Assembly (NCBI RefSeq): GCF_947568905.1
Contig: NC_079167.1
Coordinates: 56,668,001 to 56,732,000 of the forward strand
From: Ostrea edulis
Taxonomy: Eukaryota
Reading direction: 5' to 3'
Length of the DNA stretch: 64,000 bases
In this document: positions 26,201-38,100 of the stretch, one piece after another
How the letters are laid out: each line of letters opens with the position of its first letter
How positions within the stretch are numbered: position 1 is the stretch's first letter
The notes under the pieces: model-generated
The model's input: the letters and a program-made list of their open reading frames with translations, nothing else
What the model was told of the DNA's origin: nothing
Databases searched by the model: none
Position numbers and translations under genes: made by a program

Positions 26201-29200
26201 TTGGTAGTCTGAAGTAAAGGATGGTTACTATTGGTAGTCTGATGTAAAGGATGGTTATGTGTATTGGTAGTCTGAAGTAAAGGATGGTTACTATTGGTAG
26301 TCTGATGTAAAGGATGGCTATGTGTATTGGTAGTCTGAAGTAAAGGATGGTTACTATTGGTAGTGTGATGTAAAGGATGGTTACTATTGGTAGTCTGAAG
26401 TAAAGGATGGTTATGTGTATTGGTAGTGTGATGTAAAGGATGGTTACTATTGGTAGTGTGATGTAAAGGATGGTTACTATTGGTAGTCTGAAGTAAAGGA
26501 TGGTTACGTGTATTGGTAGTCTGAAGTAAAGGATGGTTATGTGTATTGGTAGTCTGAAGTAAAGGATGGTTACTATTGGTAGTCTGATGTAAAGGATGGC
26601 TATGTGTATTGGTAGTCTGAAGTAAAGGATGGTTACTATTGGTAGTCTGATGTAAAGGATGGTTATGTGTATTGGTAGTCTGATGTAAAGGATGGTTACG
26701 TGTATTGGTAGTCTGAAGTAAAGGATGGTTACGTGTATTGGTAGTCTGAAGTAAAGGATGGTTATGTGTATTGGTAGTCTGAAGTAAAGGATGGTTACGT
26801 GTATTGGTAGTCTGAAGTAAAGGATGGTTATGTGTATTGGTACTCTGATGTAAAGGATGGTTACTATTGGTAGTCTGAAGTAAAGGATGGTTACTATTGG
26901 TAGTCTGAAGTAAAGGATGGTTATGTGTATTGGTAGTCTGAAGTAAAGGATGGCTATGTGTATTGGTAGTCTGAAGTAAAGGATGGTTATTATTGGTAGT
27001 CTGAAGTAAAGGATGGTTACTATTGGTAGTCTGAAGTAAAGGATGGTTACTATTGGTAGTCTGAAGTAATGGATGGTTACGTGTATTGGTAGTCTGAAGT
27101 AAAGGATGGTTACTATTGGTAGTCTGAAGTAAAGGATGGTTATGTGTATTGGTAGTCTGATGTAAAGGATGGTTACGTGTATTGGTAGTCTGAAGTAAAG
27201 GATGGTTACTATTGGTAGTCTGAAGTAAAGGATGGTTACGTGTATTGGTAGTCTGATGTAAAGGATGGTTATGTGTATTGGTAGTCTGAAGTAAAGGATG
27301 GTTACTGTTGGTAGTCTGATGTAAAGGATGGTTATGTGTATTGGTACTTTACATGATTTTTGTAGAATGATATACCTCTATTACTGGATCATTTAAATAT
27401 TCTTTCAATACACTGACAGACTCCTGTGCTCCAATAGCTCCAAGTGCTTCACCTGAAATAATAATTCTTCTGATTTATCTATGCAGCAGTCATGTGTAAT
27501 GTGATGTTAAAAATTTTTGAGAGTGATTTTTTATCCTAGCAATGCTAAATTCAATTCATTATTGAGTAGAAATTCTTATTTTACATTGAACTCACAAAAT
27601 TAGCTTGATTTTATTACCCCCCCCCCCCAACAAAGCTGTCCAGAGGGATATAGTACATGATGGAGCATAATGCATTTACAGTGGAGTCTTGATAATTCAC
27701 TCACTTTGGTTCCAAACAAAATGAAGTTGATTCGGATAACTGAATTGCACATGTTAGATCTTCATACAAACAACCAAATGAATATGCTTTGTTTGTTGAT
27801 GTGTACCAAATATTCGACACATAGTATCATAATATTAACATTTCAAATGTACACCTATAATTTATTTCAGAGCACTAAATTTGAAAATATATCCATATAC
27901 TTTTATGTATCTAACACTACAAATAATGTACAAAACAATACATCAAATGACACATGCTCTAAAAACAAAAACAAACACTAACATGTATTTGATCAAAAAT
28001 TAATTTATTGTTTTAGGACACTATTAATCACATCTTCACAAGCCAAGTGTCCCATTCCAGTTCTCGTATTAATCACTAAACACAAATACAATATGGCAGT
28101 CTCGAGATGAGAGCTCTTCTGTGTAGGAGGTGCAATTAGAGGAACTTTGAATGCCAAAAGTGGGACAGAGTGGACCTATAGTCAGTGAAGAAGACGATAA
28201 AATGTATTAAAATCAACTTCTCTTCAAATATGAAAGTGTAGAAATACAAAATACTATCGAAAGAAATATTTCACTTAAGGGGGTACTCTACATCATCATA
28301 ATGGCTGACTTCCTTTTAAAACATGGATGATGTAGATCACGGGTTCGAGTCCAGCAGGGGTTTTAAATTTTTTTTCAGATTGGTTTCCACTAAAATTGCA
28401 TTTTTTGACTAAATAAAGTAAATTTTAAAGTTTTCAGTTTCAAAATATTGTTGTACATATCCTCTACTTTTTATCCAATCATATCAAATTTCTCCAGTGT
28501 AGCATACCTCCTTAAGTGAAAACATAAAAACAATGTCATATTTGCAGGTACTTTCCTGGATATGATATGCCAAGGAACGAAATTCCATTTATTCAATTAC
28601 TCCCTAAATACTTACCATTTACTTAGTTATTGTAACAGTCGAATTTAGGTGATGAAACTGCGTATGATAAACTTACTGTGAGCAGATTCACTTATGCAAT
28701 GATGAAAATTTTTCCCACTCCTGGATGTAAACAAATTGTTTTCTGCCTTTTTGTGTATGAAAGTTCTCAAAAGGGAAATAATTCAGACGTATCTCGAAAC
28801 CAGCGCATTATATGCACTTTTCATACAGATTTGAGTTTTCAATTTTTCAAGAAAACCGTATCATCTTCATCTGCTGGAACTCTTGGGAATACTGGATATT
28901 GGAACCATTATTTCGTCTCCGATTCCGGTGGAGTTTTAATATTTAGTCTGTCCAATGAGGTCACGTTTTCTGTGTTAACTTAGGCATCTTTTCATGAAAC
29001 AAGTACATGTTACTATCAGATATAGTGAGTCTAGGCACTTTGCGTTATTTTTAAAGTTGTGGGGGTGGGCAGCAAACAGAGAAAAAGAGTTGCCCAAGTG
29101 AGGCATCATTTTCGTAACTTTTTATTCAGAAGAGTTCCAAATTTTTGTAGTTCTGATATCCCGTATTGTTTTCATTGTCTACAGCTAATTCAGGCATGTT

Positions 29201-32200
29201 CTTTAGTTGCCCAGTAACTCCTCTTTGTTGGTGGTGTAGACATAATGAAAATTCATAAAATTTCTGTAAATGCTAGTGCTTATATTTCATGTTTTAATAT
29301 CATTCAGTCCTATATCTCGGTGACAGAACTGTCCATGCTTGTTATCATAAGCTACTAAAACTTTAATCTTGCCAAGCACACCTATAATTTTAATGCATTA
29401 ATAACAGTTACTATAGAACTCCAAGCAAAATCCAAATGAAGTGGTTTACATGTACATGTATTAGCATTGGAATAAATTGCCACTTATTAAGATCAGTAAT
29501 TTTTATATCCAATAGCGATTAAACTTTAATGCATGCCATTACATGTCAACAGTATAAAAACCAGAATCTGTAAATTCGATACAATCTAGGAATAATTCTC
29601 ACATCTTCACACATTTAATTTCATAAGGTTGTAGAAGTGTTCCTAACCTATTCAACAAACAAATTGTCAATCATGACCCAAGTGCATTGTATACATGTAG
29701 TGGTTTAATAAAATATATTTAGATGTATATAAATTAGGGGTGAAACGATACAGTACCTTCTTGATTCGATTCAATTTTCGATTCGATACAATAGCATGTA
29801 CCAAATTCTTTATAATGCTAAGATTTTTTTTTTGTTTCGTTGTATTTATTGCTCTCTGCAAATAAATTCTACATAATCAGGGATAGACATTAACTTTTCA
29901 TCTCACTTGCCCTTTGGGCAAGTAAACTCAAAGTTTTACTTGTCCGAATAAAAAACTTAGTTGTCCAAAATATTTTAGAGTCTGAGGAATTTAGACTCTA
30001 ATAAGCCTGTCAACCAGTAATTCTAGTTATCTTAATTATCTCTCTCTGTCAATTGGTGATACAGTATGATCTACTAGAATGGGCCTTCGCTATAATCTGA
30101 CGGTTCGTTAAAGAAAACAACTCTCTATGAAGTTGAGTTTTACTTTCTAATACTTTATATTCATCAAGCTTAACACAATTATTATACCGTATTTTGCCGA
30201 ATATAATACGCACTTTTTTTAGAGAATATTTGTATTATATACCACAATAGGTTTTTGACCTTTTTTTCCAGATGAAACTCGGCGATTAAGTAGTGTAATA
30301 TTTCACTCAAAGACCAAGGCTTCGGATACTGTACGCCGCGCCTTTTCACGTTCACCTATTTATTAAGTAGAAAATTCGACCTCAAGAAAATTACTACAGA
30401 AACGTAAAATTGCAGAAAATGTGATATATATACTTACAATATCTAAATAATTCAATTATCATGAAACAAACAGCCAATCAAATTGCATTGGATCTGACTA
30501 TTCATTACATCGCATGCCGCCATTATTGAAAGCATGTGTACACAATAATGCCTTGACACGTGCTAAAATTGTTGGAAAATAATTTTGTCACTTGCTAAAA
30601 GTTTGTTTACTGTAAGTTTTATGAATAGGCCTAATTTTTAATGAAATACTTATTTGAATCTTTGAAATAACTATTCTTGCGTAAAAGCGCGTGTTTTACG
30701 AAGCCATTGTTGTGTACACTGCTTTTGTTAGATACCCCCTCCGGGTAAAGAAATACCTAACAAATTTTTTCCCCACACATTTTAATAGTCATCGTAGTTA
30801 ACGAGGAGTTGATAATTTGCATCTTTGTACCTACCATGGTGTGTTGATTACAGTAAAATAAGCGATAGTTTAATTGTTTCATTTTATTTTTATAACATCG
30901 GCTATTTGATTGATTTTAAGTTTCAACAAAGGAAATATCGAGTCAGTTAAGACTTTAATGCTACAAAATCTCGTGCTTTGCTGAAATGAACAGGCTTGTC
31001 CGGGTTGATATTTCCCTGAAGATTCTCATTGAAGATTACCGCGATGTAGACCTCATCTCAAAAAGTTTGCAAATTATTGTGCGTTGTTTAGAATTCATTA
31101 TTTCTGCAAAAATATTAAGTGAAAATTAACACCAAGTATAAAATAAAGATTACCGCTTGGTCAAAATTTTTGCTGCGTATTATACACCCGAAGTGCGTTT
31201 TTTCACCAACTTTTAGGCTCAAAGTGGGGGGTGCGTATTAAACACCACTGCGTATTATATTCGGCAAAATACGGTAATAATCACATTTTCTACTAAAAAT
31301 ATCACTTGCTCCGCCGGGCAAGTGTGTATTGAGTTTCACTTGTCCGAACTGGGTTTTCACTTGCCTCGGGCAATCGGTTGTCAACCGTTAATGTCGATCC
31401 CTGATAATGTAAAAACGTTTAACATAAAGCAACACTCTTATCACTTTCAGTTTGTCCTAAAGCCGAAATGTCGCCATACCCAGGATTTATACATGATTGG
31501 GGGTGCATTTTTCAACTCGACTGCGTCCATTTTGATACAGCAAAGTTTACTCGTATGTTGATTGGGCAATTTTCAATTCTATTGGCTAATCAGAAACTTT
31601 GTTATCATGAGCAATGTGTGCTATGATTTTAGAACTGTATCGAACCGAAACAGACCCCAAATAAATCGACCATCGAATCGAGACCACTACATTGCGATGC
31701 ATCGTTTCACCCCCAATATGAATGTCCCAATGAGGAAAAATCTCTGCTTTGCAATGCTCTTTTATACATAGATCTGCAAGTGAAAACATTTCAGTCTGAT
31801 AAAACCAAATGGGTGCTAATTACTGACATCTCTACAATCCACATAATCAAGTCATGTATTACTAGTACTAACATTGATGTTATTTAGTGTTCTAGCTACA
31901 TCGACACTGTCTCTTATCTTTAAAAACCATTTTATGTACATTTCATCATTTGTTTACCTGCTTCGTGCCGAACCATGGGCTCCTGTGAACGGTCCGCTAA
32001 TACTTGGGACAAGGCACTCAGAGCATATTTGTCCTGCATTTGACCAAGACAGTATGCCAATTCGTGTTTCAGAAGAGCAGACGTGTCATTAAAACAGCTG
32101 GAAATAATGTCAATTGCTTTTTCTCCCCCTATGTTACGTAAGGTAAATAACGCTCGGAATCTGTCCTTCAGAGGTTTTGTTGCATCTGTCAAAATGTTAC

Positions 32201-32240
32201 CAACTACTTGGACAGAGGTTTCATCCGTTAAAGTGGACAT
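20276..32240 (-). CDS. DOHH: Deoxyhypusine hydroxylase, 308 aa; exons 32240-31958, 27452-27376, 22855-22609, 20595-20276
   Basis: HEAT-like repeats with four HE motifs: [51 protein letters not shown]. Also [10 protein letters not shown] and [14 protein letters not shown] introns; 927 nt in frame. Confidence 0.96.
21531..21765. repeat. 110-bp inverted repeat with a 15-bp spacer (DOHH intron 3)
   Basis: Arms 21531-21640 and 21656-21765, about 3 mismatches. Confidence 0.9.
24164..27347. repeat. ~3.2-kb minisatellite, ~100 units of 33/30 bp (DOHH intron 2)
   Basis: Unit TATTGGTAGTCTGAAGTAAAGGATGGTTAC(GTG). Confidence 0.97.
28279..28511. mobile_element. 233-bp MITE with TTAA target duplication (Kolobok-like)
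   Basis: TTAA-GGGGGTACTCTACA...TGTAGCATACCTCC-TTAA. Confidence 0.65.
29878..31403. mobile_element. CAGGG-ended element with a 5-bp TSD (hAT5-like), middle layer
   Basis: TIR CAGGGATAGACATTAAC / GTTAATGTCGATCCCTG; TSD ATAAT / ATAAT. Confidence 0.75.
30187..31274. mobile_element. pogo/Tc1-mariner-like non-autonomous element, inner layer
   Basis: Perfect 26-bp TIR CCGTATTTTGCCGAATATAATACGCA; TA on both sides. Confidence 0.85.
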
Positions 32241-32430
32241 GCTTCTGGTTAGTTCGTCAAAACCTAGATTATTTCACAACTTCTCACAAATTGACACAAT
32301 CCCGCATGTTGACCAGCAAACCGGAAGTGAAGACTAAATGTTGTTTCTGTACAGAAGAGTTGTCATCTGACAGTGCTGCAGACTAACGACTAACCCTGAG
32401 TCTGAGCACACTGACGGGGTATTTGGTGAG
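32241..32430. promoter_or_regulatory. Putative bidirectional promoter for DOHH and C9orf72; ETS/GABP-type motif CCGGAAGTG at 32321-32329; probable non-coding exon 1 of C9orf72 ending at 32425
   Basis: Divergent gene orientation, ETS motif and a plus-strand donor TTG|GTGAGA at 32426. The exon assignment is inference. Confidence 0.55.
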
Positions 32431-32737
32431 AGTTTACAGCAAAAGTCTTCATTTCTTGGTATTGCGAAGAATATACTGCAATGATGGGAAATTATGAATA
32501 TGCCATGCTTCTACGTAAAGAGCATAGCATCTAGCTCTTCACATAGCGTCATTATCAGATTATGACCATGCTGTTTATGATGGCCTGGTACTGTACTCCT
32601 CATCGTGACCACAGGGACTTGTCACATATATATTTATTTTATATAGTGTTATATGTAGTATATGTATATCATATGCAATTATTGACAGTGTTTAGGTTGA
32701 TACAATGCTTTAGCTACAATACTTATAGAGCCCTGAA

Positions 32738-33196
32738 CAGGTTGGGAACACTTCCCCTATAGCGAGATATTCTCGCTAAAACGCGATTATCCCTCTTTAG
32801 CGAGAAATAAACATTACCATAAACAGGAGTTTTGGCGTCTTTATTGAAAATAATGGCAAATCCCGTGCAACGCTGAATAAGTGTGACACGCACTCAACAT
32901 GATGCGAATTGTTTCTATGAAATTGACTACATAGTAATGAAATTGCATATCAAAGTTGCTGCGTAAGAGGGAAGCAGTCTGAAATCCAATACACATTGTG
33001 AGTGTTTTTGTTTTGATTCATATATTTGCAGAAGTATCAAACATTTTAGCACTTTTTCTTCTTTTCACGTGAATCACGAAAAGATGTACTCTGCGGGTGT
33101 TTTTCTCTGTTGTACGCGATATATTTATTCTTGCTAGAGAGGGATAATCGCGTTTTAGCGAGAATATCTCACTATAGGGGAAGTGTTCCCAACCTG
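32738..33196. mobile_element. 459-bp MITE, ~60-bp TIRs, 5-bp TSD (hAT5-like)
   Basis: CAGGTTGGGAACACTTCCCCTATAG... and its inverse; TSD CTGAA / CTGAA. Confidence 0.85.
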
Positions 33197-34802
33197 CTGA
33201 AGGCAAGGTGAATATCGTACTTCAAGGGTAGCCAAAGCATCATATTGACCGAGAAAATACCAATAATTATTTTATTATGTAATTGAATAATTTAAAGCAT
33301 TGAAACTGGCTACCAGATCATACAAAAGAATACCTAATTGACCATTGTTTTAAACTGCTAAATGGCAAGAACTAATCGAAAGTGAATAGTAGTGTAGTTA
33401 AAAAAAATGGAAAAATTTCATAATCGATAGTTGGTCATAATCAGAAGAACTGTATTGATCAATATAATCGGTATTTACATGTCGTTAATAAATGTGTACT
33501 ATTTTTGGGGTTATTTCTATTTAGTTTTATGGATATGTGCAGCATACACACTAGGTGGTGTCACTGAATTCCCACTTTTCAATGTGGAGTCCACTCCAAC
33601 TCTCCCCTGCACACGTTTCGATATAAAAGCGGGATTAACAGTCAAATGAATTTCGGATTAGATATTAATTAATGTACAGGCGACAATTGATTATGAAAAA
33701 TAGAATCGATAATCGGAATCAAAGAGCCAAAAACGATCGACAATCAATTGTCGACGACAATCGTTTCATCACTAGTGAATAGATTTCAAGAGTTTTTGTT
33801 TTTCTTATTTATAATAATAATGATAAGGCCATTATTTATCCAGGATTACATATTTAGCGATAACGCTAGTTTTCAATATGGTCCTGCATATAACATGCAT
33901 ACAGACAGATATTAGTAAAATAAACACAGATTAAAGAAATAATTATGAATGTAAGATAAATCTTTAGGAACAAAATGAAGGTTAAAAAGTATGGTGATGA
34001 TTTCTAAGATAATTTCTCCTAAAACACACTACACTTGTTGAGTTTCTTATATCTTCAGTTCACTCGAGGCATTCCACATTGGGTTCCCATTTGATATCAA
34101 AACCAGCTACTAGAGCTAACCAAATGGTACCTGCTTTGTTTACTTCCCTAGTGTAAGACCTGGTTGAAAGTGATTGGAGGAAAAAGTTTCGTTGAATAAC
34201 TAAACAATAATAACCTGTCTAACATCAATTTTAAAATGTATTTTTGGTATGATGTTGAAAAAATTTAATGTTATATTCACCTCGAAGGCATGTGGAGGTA
34301 ATCTGTTCTATTTTTTCTAGTTTGTTGGATCTCTGTCAATCAGAGAGCTCAGAATTATTCAGTCATAATAAGAAAAGTATTTGTGACATGTCCCTATGAT
34401 CATAAAATAGTAAATAAAGAATCATCAGTTCTCACTCACTCAAAAAATACAATGAATATATACATTATAGTGAGAAGAAAAATTCTTAATTTTTCATTTG
34501 CTAATTAACATGAGGAGCACTTACGATATTTACTTCTATAGTTTTTAGGTTATATAATCAACATCTATAGTGTGTGTCTTTGTAGAGCAAAAACATTTTA
34601 TGTATCAGCCCAAATACTAATTGACATTAACAACAGGAGTAATGTGTAAAAAAAAAAAAAGGAAAGGCATGTCTTTACAGTTTAATACTTGATTCCTTTT
34701 TTTTATATGTAGATCTAAAGAAATGATTTTGGAGCAAGGTAATTCTTCACCTTATCAAGGTTCACCTGACTGACGTTAAAGGAAGGATCAGGAAATATTG
34801 CT

Positions 34803-35057
34803 ATGCGTGAGGACTGGTTGACAGAAGTCCAGAACCGAGAGGGCCTTATTCTTGTATTTGTCAACTACACATTTTTCTCCATTGTTTCCTTGATCTGCTT
34901 GTTGTTTGTACTGTGTCTGACGCACACAACTTCTCCTCCAAGTGACATAATGTACTCCATCTCATTTATTGCCAACACTTTTGTAGTCATCAACATTTTA
35001 TTGGCAGATTATGTTGTGTATACGATCAATTCTCATAGAGAGATCAGAGTAATGTGA
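34803..35057 (+). CDS. Putative 84-aa two-transmembrane microprotein upstream of C9orf72 (uORF or bicistronic partner)
   Basis: ATG start and TGA TGA stop; two ~26-aa hydrophobic segments; 42 of 84 codons end in G/C, against strongly AT-rich flanks. No homologue recognised. Confidence 0.5.
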   Translation: MREDWLTEVQNREGLILVFVNYTFFSIVSLICLLFVLCLTHTTSPPSDIMYSISFIANTFVVINILLADYVVYTINSHREIRVM

Positions 35058-35128
35058 TGAATAGTTTCAAAATCATCAGATCTGATAATCTTTTGAAAGT
35101 AGAGTGACCAAAATTACTTCTGACAATC

Positions 35129-38100
35129 ATGTCGTCTTCCAAAAATATCAAACAGATGATTCGTAACATCAGTGCTGGAGTAATTCAGATAGGAAGTCAG
35201 GAGAATGCGGAACCCAGTGGTTCATTCCAAGATGGAATAACTCCTCTGAGTCCCTCATCCAAGTTCACGGAATCAAAGATAAACATCCCAGGACAGAATT
35301 TGATAAAATACATGATGTTGTCTCACTGGGATAATATCCTAGGACCTCGAGTCGTTCATGTATGGAACATGGGAACCACATCATTGGATATGATTCTGTT
35401 GTCAAGAATCAGCAGTCAGAGTTTGAGTGGGGAGATCTGTCGGGAAGTGACAAATTTTGTAGATCACAAACTCTATGAGATTCCTGATGCAGATGTTTTC
35501 GTGACTGCTTTTATTTTTTCAGCCCTGGGCATCAGTGGGCCCTGTCTTCATGCATTGTCCATAGTGATACAAAAAGCAGACATGATGTTCTACTTGAATA
35601 CTCAACAGCTGTTTCAGAAATGTTTTGAAAGGATTATTGGAAAATTCAAAGTCATTCTTAGTCAGGTACTTTTTGATAAGATTAGCAATCTCTTTTTTTC
35701 AGATTGAAGTTTGTGTGTTGTCTGTCAGTCTTTATATTTTGTCTCAGGCAGACATAATTCGTTTGTTAGTGTTAGAAAGTCACCAGACATAACATGAATG
35801 AATTGCAAAATTTTTAGTTTTTTAAGCAAAATTTGAACATGGGCATGACTGGGCATCATGTCTTTTGAATGGCTGAGGTATTTCAAGTATAGAAAATCTA
35901 CATGTCGTGTCACCAGTATTGTTGCTTTTGAGAATAATCTAACTGCATGAACCACAAAGCTTATTACTACCAGATAACTATGACATATATGGCCCGAGAG
36001 TACCTTATTTAGATTTATAATTTGAATTGAATCACATTGAATAGATTTAATTATGGTATTTATGCAGTAGTCCTACAAAGCAGAGAGTAAGGCTAGATGA
36101 AAAATGAATTTTTTGATTCTTCGGCAAAAATTTTGAAAATTCTATGCTACAAGCAAGTTTTTTTTTTCATTATATTGCATGAATTACTTTTACTGGTTAG
36201 TAAGAATTTAAAAAATAGATGTCATGTTAATTCAAGTGTTCAAAATACTGGATAATTTGCAGGTGTCAATGGACTCAACACTAGAAACTACTTATAAGGA
36301 GTTTGATGAGCTTTGTCATCCGTGTATTGCCAACATTGGATATCTTAAAAAGTCACACTTTCCCCAGAAAATTATGGTACCTTTTTGATCTCTAACAAAC
36401 TATTCTGTTAAAAGATATTTTGATATGCATCCAGTGTTGAAACTGTAAATTAATACTTAATTGTGCAACTTAAAAATAAAATTGTGTGTGCATCCTAACA
36501 TACACATAATGTTGATTAGAAATTCATAAAAACATGTTCTTCTGAAAAAAGTATAATAGAATTTGTATACATGTTCATGTTTGTAATATATTGTATATTC
36601 ATCCATTTATTCATTGATTAATGATTATGTATTAAATTTATGTGTGATTATTTTGAACATTTCAGTTGTCCTCTACATATCTGTGTCCAGCCCATCATTT
36701 AGACAGAGACTTCCTGAGCTGTTGTATAAGTTCCCACCTATCTACATTTTGTCGGAGTTTTGTGATAGGGGACAAAGCAGATAGTGTTAATATGGTAAGA
36801 ACCCATATAGGAGACTTGTATATATTTTAAGATTCTGTTAGTCTGTGATTAATTCACTATTTTTGATAATTGTACCTTTACATAATGAAAGAAGGGGAAA
36901 TGTTATTATTTTCTTATTTCTTGAGGAGATTTGTTTTGGTTTACTGCAGATGCTGAAAACCTTAAGTCTGTTTAATTTACCAAAAGAAAGATCCTGTTCT
37001 AGGCTTGTTCAACAGAATGAACCTCAGCACTACCACCACGATATGTGGCTTCAGGGCCAAGTCCAGGTAAACAATCCTACCGCGGTAGATTCATGGTCAT
37101 GACTGGATCAACAATACAAGTTCAGTTGATGTTGATTGAAACCTCCACCATCATGTCCAGGGTTGGCAAAAAAGTGTTCAATATGAGTATTGACCGGGCC
37201 AGTGGTCTATACTGGTTAATACTGGTCGGTTGAAAATTATTTGGTCATTATAGTCTGTGTTATTTATTTTAAATGTTTAAGTGACCATTATGGTAAATAC
37301 TGTAATTCATAACATGCACTATCAGTTTATAATACACAAGTTTATAAGTCATAATATTAAATAAATATTGTACAAATGCCTCTGTTGAATTGGGGAAGAT
37401 GTAAAAGTTTCTGTTCAAATTCCTTACAAATAATATTGTTTCATCAATCTTTATTTTAACTGTTGAACAAACATTTGAGGGTGTGGGTTGGTAATGTTTC
37501 ATAACAATGACAGGCACACTGGTCATCACTGGTCCCAGTCTATGCTAATTAACACCTGTCCACTCTGCTTCCTGTGCTCAGATAATGTCCAGCTCCTTTT
37601 ATTCTTAATCTGTCCAGGTACAGGTTTTAAGAGGTCTGTCTCCAATTGTCAAGCTGTACTATAAAACTGTGACCCTCTGGTAGGTACTGAAGATATTTCG
37701 GTCAGTTTCAGCAAACCAAATATATTAAACTTATGAAATTACATTTGATTATCGAATGAAAAATATTAATCAACAATTGATCCATATAATGAAAAGACTT
37801 AATTTATCTTTATCTTTGCAAGAAATGTACAAAAATAGGAAAATGGACAGTTTAAATCACAATTGACCATTATTGACCAGTATTGACCACATGGGGAGTA
37901 TTGACCGGGACGGTTAAAACCACTGGTTAAAACTGGGGGCGGTTTTAACCGCCCAACCCTGATCATGTCTTTATGAATTGATAGCTAGTATGTAATCATG
38001 AACTTTTATAGATAACATAAATAAAAGGTCCAATAAATGTAAACAATGCCTCAATGATAATGTGGCTGCAAGTCCATATACTGCAAAAATACATGTAGGA

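Larger units (their letters stand above)
29735..31715. mobile_element. hAT-like non-autonomous element, outer layer of a nest
   Basis: TIR TAGGGGTGAAACGAT / ATCGTTTCACCCCCA (14/15); 8-bp TSD ATATAAAT / ATATGAAT. Confidence 0.7.

Noticed and set aside
24164-27347. CRISPR-like regular array (also 55266-55882)
   Set aside because: No unique spacers and no cas genes; these are head-to-tail minisatellites in a eukaryote.
28678-28983. 101-aa ORF in DOHH intron 1
   Set aside because: Non-ATG start, no motif; the opposite-strand reading is interrupted by stops.
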